Origin: Eledone cirrhosa | Lineage: Eukaryota | Direction of reading: 5' to 3' | DNA: 64,000 nt | Assembly: GCA_964016885.1 (NCBI GenBank) | Contig: OZ024743.1 | Span: 53,630,001-53,694,000, forward strand | Shown: positions 12,386-25,299 of the stretch, piece after piece | Numbering within the stretch: position 1 is the first letter of the stretch | How the letters are laid out: each line of letters starts with the position of its first letter | Position numbers and translations under genes: made by a program | The notes under the pieces: model-generated | What the model saw: only the letters and a program-made list of their open reading frames with translations | Told to the model about the DNA's origin: nothing | The model's database searches: none

Positions 12386-13052
12386 TGGTAGTTACCACAA
12401 TTCCGGTTTGTATTTATTTTCTTGATTTATTCTTAAATTGAGTCTGGCAAACCCTATTGTCTATAGTTAGTATCCTTTTCACCTTAGCGAATCCGCTCCC
12501 TTACGATTTGAACACATATATGTATATGTCTGTGTTCGTTTTTCTTTTATACTCTATTACGGCTCGGAAATATCTCTTTCTTAGAGCTATTTTGTTGTAA
12601 GAGACTATTTTGAGTTCCTAACTCAATATATACCTTTGATATATACCTGTGATATATATATATATATATATATTTCTCTTTCTCTCTCTCCACCTCTCTC
12701 TCTATCTATCTATCTTTAACTCCCTCTCTTGAAGAAATCGGCTGTGTTCCAACGTGGAGAAGGTTGGGCTCGACCAGGTATAAAAGACTCAAGATTTGTC
12801 GTATGTCAGGACGTATGTCTTTTGTTTTTGTTTTTTTAATTGTTGGACTCGTGACTAAACTAGGAGCATATTACAGAATGGTTGTGCAAGAGATTTGGCT
12901 ATTAAATCTAGCAAGTTGATCTTTGACTGGTCGTAATCTGACTCTGACGCGCCTTCAGTGTTCTTTATAGTGGATACAGGAAATCTCATCAACCACACCA
13001 AAAGAACTGAAATTTTGCCTTCTTCTTGAAGCTGCTGTAGTTGCTGCTGTTG

Positions 13053-13086
<34 letters not shown>

Positions 13087-13299
13087 GATAACCACCTGCA
13101 CCATTAACCTCACCACTACAACCATCCCCACAACTAACACCACCACCACCACTATAAGAGAGATAGATATCTATCTGTCTGACAAATCAGTTGGCATTAA
13201 TAGTGTAGTGTAGTGTGTTGGTTTTATTTGTTGTCATCAGTGGATGTCATGTCTCATGTAGTGAGTGTAAGTGTTGACACTGGTGGGAGGTCTAACTAC

Positions 13300-13439
13300 T
13301 GAAAGACAGGGAGGGACAGAGAGAAAGAGAGAGCAGCAGATACAGACAGAGATATGAAATGGGGAGGGAGAGAGTGAGACAGGGAGGTGCAGATACAGAC
13401 AGAGACAGAGACAAAGAGATAGACAGAGAGGAGCAGATA

Positions 13440-13503
<64 letters not shown>

Positions 13504-13865
13504 TATATGGTCTCCTTCTATCCCTCTCTCTCTATCTATGAGAGAGAGAGAGGGGACAGGAAACAAAGAGATAGACAGAAGACCAGGTACAGAAAGAGAG
13601 AGATGATGTAGGGAAAGATAGATAGAGCGAGAGAGAGAGAGAAGAGTGTAGGGAGACAGAAAAACAGAGATGAGTGCGGAGTGAGACGAAGACGCAGTCA
13701 AAGAAAGGAGTGAGGGGGGGGGTGAAAGGCAGACAAGCATTGAGTGAGAAAGTTAGAGTAAGAGTGAAACAGAGACAAAGAGAGGGAGAGAGAGAGAGGA
13801 GTCGTCGGAGATAGTCGAGAGACGGAGGGAGAGAAAGACAGTGATGGAGGAGACGGGGAGTGGTG
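13300..13865. repeat. (GA)n-rich purine tract
   Basis: Direct inspection. Confidence 0.85.
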
Positions 13866-14127
13866 ATAGGCAGCGGCTTGTACAACGACTGGATAGATCG
13901 GTGGTAGGGTGGTAGACAGGAGTTAAATAGGTGGGGAGGGAGCGAACGTGAAAGGGCGAAGATCGTTTACATAGATAAACCCATTAAAAGCTATCACGAC
14001 AAACTATATAGTTTAGTAAGGTGTGTAAAGAGCGTGAGTATGGTGGTGTTGGTGGTGGTGGCAATGTTGGTATTGTTGCTATTGGTGGTGGTGGTTGTGA
14101 TGGTTGTGGTAATAGTGGTAGTAATAA

Positions 14128-14313
14128 TTGTTTCTACTTTTGGCACAAGGCCAGCAATTATTCAGTACATTACTGGTACTTTATTTTATCTACCCCGTAA
14201 GGATGAAAAGCAAAGTTAACCTCGACCGGATTTGTACTCAGACCGTAAAGGGACGTAATTATGCTGCAAAGCATGGCGTCCGACCCTCTACCGATACTGC
14301 CAATTCACCGCCC
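14128..14313 (-). mobile_element. SINE family A
   Basis: ttgtttctacttttggcacaaggccagc...accgatactgccaattcaccgccc. Confidence 0.8.
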
Positions 14314-14419
14314 TGTAGTAGTAATAATATTGTTAGTAATAATATAGTAGTAGTAATAATATTGTTTTGTGGGGTATTCCTTTTGTTTTGCGCCAGGTTA
14401 GCCCAATGAAATAGAATTA

Positions 14420-14564
14420 CCGTATTTCCCGGCGTCGAAGACGCTACTTTTTTCCTAAAAAGAGTCTAAAAAGAAAGGTTGTTTATTACTTTTTTCAAAT
14501 TTTTGTTTGTCAAAATTAGGGTCCGTCCTCGAGGACGAAGCGTCTTCGGCGCCGGGAAATACGG
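14420..14564. mobile_element. Tc1/mariner (Tc2/pogo-type) MITE
   Basis: TIRs ccgtatttcccggcgtcgaagacgc / gcgtcttcggcgccgggaaatacgg with TA on both sides. Orphan right end also at ~33205-33229. Confidence 0.85.
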
Positions 14565-16114
14565 TATTTATCAGTGACGTTCTAGTTTTGACCATCCAAA
14601 CTTATTCATCTAGGGAGGTAATTGTCAACTAGAGCAAGTTTCATATCAATCACACAAGTTATGCCAGATATATTTCCATTAATGTTAATTTCAAGAAGCT
14701 AATGTTAGCCTCTCTGGACTGGAAGCCAAAAATGAGAAGTAGGAGCTAAGGTAGACGTGTTATGACCTGGCAGATATGGGTTGACCTGGGAGAAAGTCCT
14801 GACAGGAATAGATCTATCATTGGAACGGGGCCGTGACGAGGGTTGCGATTGTACAATGCAGTCCTTCCAAGGCTTTGTTGAGGTCCGGGGTGTAAGACCT
14901 GACAGAAATGGATCTGTCCAGGGAGCAGCTACATGACAGGGCTTGCGAACGTACAGCAGAATGGAGATTTATCGTCGTCCAATGCTCCATACGGAGCAAC
15001 AAGAAATAGAGAAGGAAGAAAACGTGAAATTAATATAAGGCTGCCAATGTTATGCAATACCTTGTGTTTTTTACAAGATTATTTTTTTCTTCTTTCCTTC
15101 TTTACTGTTTACTCAAGAAGGGAAGGACAGGGACTGTGAAACTGATACGTGTGTGAAGATATCTTCAAACCGCAGACCTGACTTGAATGCTTGTAACAGA
15201 GTCGACTAAACTAAAGGTAATCACGGGTTAGGTCATAGTGTTATACTATGCGACTATTACAACCACATCGTAATTTGAACTCTGAACACAACGTGTTGAA
15301 ACAAATACCACGAGGCCTGTTGCCCAAATCTTGAACAATTCCGCTAATTCGTTGCCCTGGACGGGTTCTTTATTTCTTCGAATCGATAACAATCGAAAGC
15401 AAAGTTGTCTGTGACGGGATTTGAACTTAAGTACCAGTAATCCAGAACAAATACTGTGATGCAGTCTACCTTACACGGTAACTAGTTAGCTGGGGTATAG
15501 ATAAACGTCCAAGAAACTCTGTTCTGGTGATGATGAGTCCTCCGTCAATTTCGACGATGAGCATTCAGTTGTTCAGTCATCTGAACGGTCACCTCATGGA
15601 TTAACGTGTACCCTTAAAGTAATCTTCAAGCCGAATCAGCTGGTCCTTTTTGAATGTACAATCCCTCCGACGGGCTTCAACGCAGTTTCCGACTACTTAA
15701 ATTCACTCACAAGGCTTGAGTAAACTCGAGGCTATGGTAGAGAACTCACCCAAACTTCCACGCAGTGGGATCGTACCAGTGGCTTCATGATACAAAGCAA
15801 CCTTCTCAACCTCTTAGCCATGCCTGCATCTATATTACAGACATATCCAACGTGTCTTTGTTTTTCTTTGAGGGTGTGATTTCTCTACCATTTTTAGCAG
15901 GTCCAGTGATCACGTAAAATTGCTTTGATTGAAATCGTCAACTTTGTTGTTGTTGTCGTTATTATTGTTGCTGTTTTTGGTGTTGTTGTTGTTTATGTTG
16001 TTGTTGAGGGGAAAAGGTGAACGTTGATAACTGCTGTGAACTGATGTGAATAAATTAATTTCCTGGGCATCTCTGTTGTAGTTGGTTGGGTAAAGGGTGG
16101 AGTGACTTTCTGGG

Positions 16115-16150
<36 letters not shown>

Positions 16151-16178
16151 GTATGTATATATATATAGAGAGAGAGAT

Positions 16179-16220
<42 letters not shown>

Positions 16221-16479
16221 AGGAAACGGGCGAGATACAAGAGAGTGAGAGAGGGGTGAGATAGAAGAGAGTGAGTGAGAATGAGAGAGGAAGGGAAAAA
16301 GGAGTGAGAAACAGTCTGGGTTTAATTACACATGCATACACATTTCAAACGCATTTACACACACACTCACTCACACAGACATGCACGCACACATGCACAC
16401 ACGCATACACACTTACATATAGTCGCATACGTTATAATTATAATATATATCCATATCTAATATCTATACATGTTTTCTT

Positions 16480-16675
16480 GCTGTGTTGTGTTGGACTTCC
16501 GTCTGTTTCGACGATGAGTGTTTCAGGTGTTCGATCAACTAACAGTCTGCTCGTGAAATTAACATGTAAATGGCTGCACATTCCACAGACACATGTACCC
16601 TAAACATAATTCTCAATGGGATACAGTATGGCACAGTGTGTGACAAGGATGGTCCTTTAAATTACAGATACAATT
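16480..16675 (-). mobile_element. SINE family B, 3' part
   Basis: gacgatgagtgtttcaggtgttcgatc...cattccacagacacatgtaccc matches the family B tail. Confidence 0.6.
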
Positions 16676-16768
16676 CATTAGAGGTTTTGCTCAAGGACAG
16701 CACACCGCCGATCGTTGACCAAACACCCTAAGCACTAAGACACGCGCCTTCGCTACATTTATACACAT

Positions 16769-16804
<36 letters not shown>

Positions 16805-16880
16805 ACACACACAATACATACATATATACACACACACATATATATACATACATGCATACATTCGAAGAAATAATAATAAT

Positions 16881-17064
16881 TGTTTCTACTTTAGGCACAA
16901 GGCCAGCAATTACCCAGTGCATTACTGGTACTTTATTTTATCGACCCCGTAAGGATGAAAGGCAAGGTCAACCTCGGCGGGATTTGAACTCAGATCGTAA
17001 AGGGACGTAACTATGCTGGAAAGCATGGCGTCCGACCCTCTACCGATACTGCCAATCCACCGCC
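16881..17064 (-). mobile_element. SINE family A, full length with TSD
   Basis: A and B boxes, Deu/Nin-like core; TSD cgaagaaataataataat at 16863 and 17065. Confidence 0.85.
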
Positions 17065-17146
17065 CGAAGAAATAATAATAATAATCTAAGAAATTTGACA
17101 CCACGTGTACCATCCGAGTTTAGCTCGACTGTTGTGGAAAAACACG

Positions 17147-17450
17147 ACTAGTTAGGAAATTACAAGTACAATCCATTAATGGAACAGTACAAATATGTAT
17201 AACATTCCCAAAACTCTGCATCTAATAACTGCATATACACTTGTACAGATACAAAGCATATGCAGATGCACACATACAACTCAAAACATCCACATCCACA
17301 ACATCCATACCTGCACACACATGCACATTTATATGCATGCATATTTACCCAGTTGATGTTGTGTAAATTCCAATGAGAGAGTCTTGTATCTATGTTAGAA
17401 ACCGACTCTCTCTATTGGTAAAAATATGTGAAATTATAACACCAGAAGAA
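17147..17450 (+). mobile_element. R4/Dong-like 3' end, family A (second copy)
   Basis: Homologous to 9806-10112; ends directly in (CATA)n. Confidence 0.75.
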
Positions 17451-17521
17451 CATACATACATACATACATACATACATACATACATACATACATACATACA
17501 TACATACATACATACATACAT

Positions 17522-17768
17522 ACCATTATTGGTGCTACGGGTTATATACAAACCCGCTTGGACCAAAGTATGACTGAACTTGGATTTGCGGACAAAAAGC
17601 GCAGCTCCATAATTCATAGTCTGCAAATGGCTGCGATAGCTGGCACCTTCAAAATTTGCAAAACATTCTTGCGATTCAAGGGATGACAATTTCTTTTCTT
17701 TTACAACCTTGCCACCAGGAAGGTGGCCGGTCAAAAAAATATACTCGAAATTAAGAGAAAGAGAAAAC
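17522..17768 (+). mobile_element. R4/Dong-like 3' end, family B (second copy)
   Basis: Encodes IIGATGYIQTRLDQSMTELGFADKKRSSIIHSLQMAAIAGTFKICKTFLRFKG*. (TACA)n on both sides. Confidence 0.75.
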
Positions 17769-17810
17769 ATACATACATACATACATACATACATACATAC
17801 TTACATACAT

Positions 17811-18100
17811 GATGGCTGCCCCCTCGTTATCGAGTATGGCCATTGCATGATATACAATTATTAATAATTATTAATTAATTCTATCGTGCTATGCCTGTGC
17901 GTGAAGATATTTTTTAAAGTGAGGAAAGACTGTGCACTGAGCCAATCCCACTCTCTGAGCGACAGTAGCTATAACCCGAAAGGAAGAAAAGATCAACATC
18001 ATCGGTAACTACTGAGCCGCAGGGTTTTATATCGGAGTTATCCCAGTTTCCCGAGTTGCCTTCTCCTAGAAGAATGCCCTGACAAAGGCTAGGAGTCTTC
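17811..18100 (-). mobile_element. Divergent short relative of the RTE-derived non-autonomous element
   Basis: Shares ccttctcctaga..tgcc.tgacaaaggctag, caacatcat.gg.a.c and the tggctgcc..ctcgtt.tcgagta.ggcca terminus with 57584-58000. Embedded in (TACA)n. Confidence 0.55.
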
Positions 18101-18381
18101 ACATACATACATACATACATACATACATACATACATACATACATACATACATACATACATACATACATAATGGCTGCAACTCGATTTCGAGTAATACCAT
18201 CACTTGATACTTAAGCATGAGCATCACCGACGTGGCTTTTTATATATATCGTTATTTAATACAGAAATGGCTTCTACAGGACTAGAACTTTTTCATTCGG
18301 ATAAAATCATCAGGAATCAGGATTTTCATACGAATAAAACAGTTCTTGTCCTGTAGAAACCATTCCTATATTTAATATTTG

Positions 18382-18411
<30 letters not shown>

Positions 18412-18418
<7 letters not shown>

Positions 18419-19072
18419 TGTATATATAGTGTATTTTGCAATACACTCTATGCTTAATTAAAAGCATTTCGAAAAGCTTATGCTATTGTTATAGAGTAGT
18501 GACAGACTCACATACTTTAATTTTCAGCAAACAGGGGAGATAAAGCTGATAAGCATCAATAAATGCGAAACAGGGTCTTGTCAGCTTGATCTCCCCTGTT
18601 TGTTGAAAATTAAAGTAAGTGAGTCTGTCACTACTCTAAAACAATAGCATAAGGTCTTCGAAATGCTTTTAATTAAGCATACAGTGTATTGAAAAATACA
18701 CTATATATACATTCATATATATATATAGCTATTTCAGAGCACCAATTCTAATTTTCAATTTCTGCTTGACCGGCAACTGCTCTGTATAATCAGTTCCTGA
18801 TTATTTACTAGAATTCTATAAGAACCAAACATCCATGATTTCAGGAAACAGGAGGAGTAGTTGGCTTTGATAAGCATCAATAAATGCGAAACAGGGCCTT
18901 GTCAGCTTTATCTCCCCTGTTTGCTGAAAGTTAAAGTAAGTGAGTCTGTCACTACTCTAAAACAATAGCATAAGGTCTTCGAAATGCTTTTAATTAAGCA
19001 TACAGTGTATTGCAAAATACACTATATATACATTCATATATATATAGCTATTTCAGAGCACCAATTCTAATT
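18412..19072 (+). mobile_element. PLE/retrozyme-like non-coding element: inverted arm plus two tandem HHR-bearing units (~321-bp period)
   Basis: 18412-18553 is the reverse complement of 18577-18717; 18547-18756 is repeated at 18868-19072; (TA)n on both sides. Confidence 0.7.
18846..18922 (+). ncRNA. Type I hammerhead ribozyme, U3-A8 covariant core
   Basis: GGCT-TTGATAA-GCAT caataa ATGC-GAAA-CAGG gc CTTG-TC|AGCT; stem I extended by GGAG/CTCC and AAACAGG/CCTGTTT. Confidence 0.75.
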
Positions 19073-19242
19073 TATATATATATATATATATATAGCAAAA
19101 TTTACATTAGTAGTGTGAACATCATATTAAACATAGAAATGGTTTCTACAGGACGAGAACTGTGTTATTCGTATGAAATCCTGATTCCTGATGATTTTAT
19201 CCGAATGAAACTGTTCTAATCCCGTAGAAGCCATTTCTGTAT

Positions 19243-19387
<145 letters not shown>

Positions 19388-19854
19388 AGTGTAACTTGGT
19401 GAAACGCGCGTCACCTACCAATAAATGTAATGAAGGAGTAACCAATCGTCCTTGTTATCCTTCCAATATATATTTATATATATACACACACATATGTGTA
19501 TGTGAGTACATGTATGTATTTATGTGTGTGTGTACTCTTTTATCTAGTCAGTATTCCATTTAAGGAAGACATTTATAAAGTTTCTGCCAGTTAATTCTGG
19601 CTCGACATCGCTTCACTGACCACACTAACGCACGAGAAGATGAAAAACACAGACTTTGATGATAGAACCATTATATTTGCCTTAAGATGGAGTGAGACAG
19701 AAATGTTTCATTGAAAAACAATGCATTTATTAATTCTACAGGGGAAACAAAAGAAGAAAGGAAGAATGAATTATAAACAACGAACAAATTATGCCCTATA
19801 AAAAGGTTGTGGTGTTATTATGCATTAGTGCTCTCTGCGACCAAATAATGTGAA

Positions 19855-20162
19855 AGCTGAAAGCGAGTAGTTTAATGATTAGGGCGTTCGGCACACGATC
19901 GTATTATCATATGGTTCCAGGCGGCGCGTTGTGTCTTTGCGGAAGACATTTTACTTCACTTTGCTGTAGTGCAATCAGCTGGAAAAATGAGTTGTAAATA
20001 TAATTTGAATGACAAACCTTGTCACATGGTGTCATACTGACTCTCCCTGAGAACTGCATTAAGAGTTACATCCGTCTGTAAAATGCCCAGCCACTTACAC
20101 GCTAATTTCAAGAGCAGGCTGAACAACTGGAATATTCCTCATCGGAACCGACGGAGGACCAA
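19855..20162 (+). mobile_element. SINE family B
   Basis: Collinear with 1875-2180. Confidence 0.7.
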
Positions 20163-20235
20163 TACTGCACCCATTAGTTCTACAGTGAAGACGAAAAAGA
20201 AAGCAAGAAAGAATTATAAACAACAGACAAATAAT

Positions 20236-20425
20236 GGTTTCTGATTTAGGCACAAGGCCAACAATTTTTCGGGAAGGGAAGTCAGTTAAATCGAACCAGT
20301 GAATTACTGGTACTTTATTTTATCGACCAGGTAAGGATTAAAGGCACAGCTAACCTCGGCGGGTTTTGAACTCAAAACGTAAAGCATGTTGTCTGACGCT
20401 CTACGATACTGCCAATCTACCGCCC
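20236..20425 (-). mobile_element. SINE family A with 17-bp TSD
   Basis: TSD aacaacagacaaataat (20219) / aacaacaggcaaataat (20427). Confidence 0.85.
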
Positions 20426-20989
20426 TAACAACAGGCAAATAATATGCTATAAAAAGACTGGTGTGTTATTGTGCATTAACGCCGTCTACGACCAAGATAT
20501 GGTTACATGAAATTATAATTAATAATTCCTCCTCGTTTGGTCTTCTAACAAGCTTCGTTTTTTAAGATTGTTTTGATCTTATATAATTGAAGGGGAAGAA
20601 AGAGATTTGATAGTCTGGATTATAGGAAATCATTCCGCAATGTTGTTCTAAAGAAGGAATTAGTTTATAAACGTCTTTATGCTTATTTTTGTCGTTTCCA
20701 GTTAGCTTCACCTCTCTTCAGGGGAAAATACACATCTGCTGAAGCTCATTGCTTCTCTTGCAGCGAGCACATTAAAGATCTGAAGAATAGCAAGTTCGAT
20801 GCTCCTGTTAATGATCTCATTAAACTGTAGTGTAATGAAGGAATGCTTACATAACCTTTGGTCATTCTTCACTCTTCTGTAAGAAAAGAGACATTAAGCA
20901 TATATTTCTTTTGGACTATTTTACGCCTCTTTATTGCAGACTAGTCTGGTGAAAACGAATCAAAATACAGAACAACAGAGAAAGAGTAT

Positions 20990-21272
20990 GTTTTAGAGGT
21001 TAGAGTGTACGGTTCACGATTGTATAACCGTGAGTTCGATTCCAGGTGATGTGTTGCGACCTTGATCAAAACTCTTTATTTCATGTTGCTTCAGTTCCCT
21101 CAACTGGAAAAAATGAGTTGTACTTGTGATTTAAAGAGCCAGCTTTGAGGCACTCTGTACCACACTGAATTTCCATTAAGGTTACATCTATCTATGGCAT
21201 GCTTAGCCACTTGCACGTTCATTTTAAGGAGTAAAAAGTAGCACTCATTGTCGGAACCCTTGGGGGTTCGAC
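20990..21272 (+). mobile_element. SINE family B
   Basis: gagttcgattcc B-box with family B core and tail. Confidence 0.7.
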
Positions 21273-22224
21273 AAGAACAACAATTCTGATAAATTAGTCC
21301 AGTTACTACAAATTATTCGGTGCATTTCAGCGCGTATTTCTGCTCTTTACTTTTTCACATTTCTTTCTGTAATCTGACCATAGTGAAACCTCTTGTGTCC
21401 TCAGGCATCGCACTGCTTGTTTTCCTGCACCAGACAGTGAGGACAGAGCCAGTGGGTAATGTTGACTGTTCTGCGAAGGAATGCTTTCGTCATCTTGTTC
21501 GCAGGACGTAGCAGCTGAAATATGCCCTCTCTCGATTTCTCCTTTTTTGTTTATTTTCTTTCTTTTTTTTCTTTCTGTCATTCTGATATTATAAATGTAT
21601 TCTAAATAAAATCCTAGCAATAAAAAAAATTATCTTTTATTTTCTCATAATACACCCAATAACAGTCGAGGCCAAGCAGAAACTTTCAGTGTTTTATTTC
21701 GTAAAGTTTAGGGAAAGGAATTTATAGAGAATAAATACAAGTATACTTTATACATCCAGAAACGTATCGAATTAACTTTCTTGCTGAAGGAAGCAACAGA
21801 GAGAGAACACATACACACACTCTGGGAATGAACTGAATTAAATTGCTTGTCTTATATTCATAAGACCGTTGGTTCGATTCCTGGATGGGGTGGTGTGTTG
21901 TGTTCTTCAACAAGATACTTCATTTCACGTTGCCTTTCGTAGTAGAACTGGGGCAGCTATCATTAAACCACCTGAAAGACCTTCTAAGAGATAGAAGGCA
22001 CGGCTAGACCTACATACGTGTAAACTGTAACAATAACATATGTGTGTGTGATAGGACTGAGCCCCTATCCTTAACACCCAAGAAACCTCCTATGAATATC
22101 TTTTAGGAGGCCAGCTTAACCTGCAAATGTGTGAGCTGTAAATCTTATATATATATTCATATGCGTTCGGATCTAGCTGTCGAAACGGCCGGAGTTCACC
22201 CTGACGTTCACCCCCCCCCCCCCC

Positions 22225-22267
<43 letters not shown>

Positions 22268-22295
22268 TGTGTGTGTGTATGTGCGTGTGTGTACG

Positions 22296-22330
<35 letters not shown>

Positions 22331-23504
22331 ACGTACATATATATATATGTGTGTGTGTGTATATACACGTACTCACACACACACATATATATAATTTTTT
22401 TGCAGTGTTTAGTTACGTCCCAGTACATTGTGTGAGTTCAAATTCCGTCATGGTTTACTACTTTTCATACTTCTGACGGTCGATAAAATATGTACTATTG
22501 AAGTATTGTTTGTGATCAATATAATCAACTATAGCTCTTACTTCTCCTCCTTCTCCCACCTTTCCAAAGAATTTATGGCTTATACTTAAGTTAGAAATCA
22601 TTATTATTATATATTATATATATTGTTTCCAGCAATGAATCTATTTTGTTGTCATTGTTAAATGATAGTTGTTGCTACACAATATTTCTTACTTCTAACA
22701 ATCTGCCTTACATTATTTTTCTATTTATATATTTCGGCGTCTTCTGATCTCATTAATTTTCTCATTGTCTCCAATAAACATGTGTTTCGTTCGAATCGTT
22801 TTCTCACGAAACTTACTGATTACATTCAACCTCCGGCGAAAAATGGCACCTTCTTACATTTATCCTAATTATACTTATCTTGCAAACATTCTATACATGC
22901 GGACTAAAATACTCGGAAAATATTCGAATAATAATAAAGTCATGACTAAAATATATTTTATTGATCTGAATTATTTACTGTATATATTCATTAGTAGTTT
23001 TTAGTTTCATTTCCTCAGAATTTTCGAGAAAACGTGTGAATTAACGAATCAAACTATAATTGTATTTCAATACATACAGCTCAGGAGCTTTGTGTTAGCT
23101 GTGGTACTTTTATTTGTTTTTGCTTTTATTTTATGAACTTATAAAACCTTCATATTTTGCTATTAACAATGAAAATCATCGTTTTTTTTTTTTTGTTAGA
23201 GAACTGCCCTAACACATGATTCCGACCCAACTCCAAACCACCCATTTTAAAGTGCTCCTATTTTAATTAAAATTTTCCAACATAATTTTGACAAGACTAA
23301 TATGTAAAGTTTTGCCAAAACCAGCTCTGATTTTATAAAACAAAACCAACCATTTTATAAGGTTACTGTTTAAATTAAAATCTTTCAACATAATTTTATA
23401 TGAGAACCACATGTTAAGTTACTTAGTAATAAAATAATAAATAGTTTTAGAAAATCATTTTCTTCCAGCACAGAAACATCCATAAATATACATAGTATAA
23501 GGGG

Positions 23505-25200
23505 AATCAAGGATAGATGTCAATAATTGATTTTGTTGTCTCTGATTTCTTTGATTCTGTGCTGGATGTTCGAGTTAAGAGAGAGGCTGAGCTGTCAACT
23601 GATCACCCTCTAGTTATCTGCAACTTGAGACCACCTAAAGCCAAAGAAGCCCACAAAACTGGCAGGTCCACGGTGACCTACAGGATAAAATGGGAAGCAT
23701 CGGATAAAGAAGTCAGGAACAGGTATGCAGATACTATTGCATCCAAATTTAGAGAACTCCCTGGGCGAACTGAGGATGTTGAGACAGAGTGGAGATTATT
23801 CAGCTCAGCAGTTTCTGCTTCAGCTGTTAAATGCTGCAGGCGAAAGAGGCTTGGTGTGGTACCGGATGGCAGGAGGACCCCTTGGTTCAATCATGAAATC
23901 AAAGATGCCATCTGAGCAAAGAAGGAGGCCAACAAAGCTTGACTTGGAAATAAGTCCTTGCACTTGCGGTACAAGCAGGCACGAAAAATCACACCAGAGA
24001 CAGTAAAGGTGTCCAAAGTTGGAGGAACTTCAGCAAATAAAGTGTTCTAGCGGACAATCCGCTGACTTCATAATAAGAAGCCCTCCTCCACAATTGCTAT
24101 CAGGAACGCGTTTAGGATTCTCCTCTCTTCAGAGCAGTGCAACCACGTGATGTGGAGAGAAAACTTTGCTGCTCTCCTAAACCCGATCACAACAACATCT
24201 TCTTATGTATACTAGGTGCATCTGGGAGCGGTGATTAACCTCTCAGAGGCTGAGGTCACAAGAGCAGGTAAAAATCTCAAATGTGGCAAGGCCTCTATAA
24301 GAATGCCCGAGTATTTGTGTTTGGATAAAGGTTGGTAAATCGAAACGATTCAATGTGGGAGTCGGATTTCGCCAAGGTTGCGTACTGTCACTAACCACTC
24401 CTGTTCATTATTTATATAAACAGGATTGACATGCGTAGCCGGGTTGGAAAGTGATGTAAAATCAGATGGCTGGAATTTGTAGACGGCATGGTGTTACTTA
24501 ATTCGACAGAAGGAGATCTCCGACTTGCATTTGATAGGTTTGATGCCTAGTACTGCATGACTGCAATGAAAATCAATGATGTGAAAACTGAGACACTCGT
24601 CCTGTCAAGGAAGCCTGCGCAGTGCACTCTACATATGAATGGAGTTCTACTGAAGCAAGTAGAGAAGTTCAAACATCTCGGGGCCGTGTTCACGTGTGAT
24701 GGAAGGCAGGAAACTGAATTAAATGCAAGAATTGCAGAAGCTGGTGCTGTAATGTGCCAGTTTCAGCATTCGGTAATCAGGAGAAGGGAGGTAATCGTAA
24801 AGTCCTAACTTGTTATCTTCAATTCGGTATTCGGGACAACTCTTACCTATGGTCATGAATCTTGGGTAATGACCGAAAGAATACGATCGCGGATACAAGC
24901 GACCGAAATGGGGTTTCCCGAAGGGTCTTTGGTGAAACGTTACTCGATAGAATGCGTAGCTCGGAGATCAGAGAGTCACTCCATGTTGAGCCGTGACTTC
25001 TCCGAATTGAGAGATCACCACCCCGATATTATGGGCATGTGGTTAGAATGTATCAGGAAAGAATCACTGGACAAAACCAACCCAGGTGTAAAACCCGAGC
25101 AAGATGGTTGGATAACATCCATAAGCTTGGCTGGTCTCGCTTGGGAATCCAGCCAGATCAGTTGGAGACGGTTGCTTCTGACAGGACCCGCTGGAGATTA
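23505..25200 (+). pseudogene. Decayed RTE-clade (Expander/Rex3-like) LINE: APE C-terminus, RT and C-terminal fragments
   Basis: SIIDFVVS..VLDVRVKREAELSTDH.LV (APE end), LKQVEKFKHLG..FT.DG, YGHESWVMTERIRSRIQATEM; many stops and frameshifts. Confidence 0.85.
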
Positions 25201-25299
25201 GCAGGAAATTCATCGAGATGGCTTTTGAGGAAATGAATCTTTTTACTCATTTTGCAACCTAAAGGATGAAAGCTACTAAGCAATATCTCCACCAAATTC

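Noticed and set aside
12860-13010. Minus-strand acceptor-led 49-codon frame
   Set aside because: Overlaps a dispersed repeat (gatttggct.ttaaatctagc, similar to 58443-58570) and has no clear donor.
16970-17064. tRNA-like A/B boxes
   Set aside because: SINE heads with body and TSD; no cloverleaf, so not tRNA genes.
19183-19225. CTGATGA...GAAA resembling a hammerhead
   Set aside because: Stems I and III do not form; it lies within a self-palindromic element that explains the local pairing.
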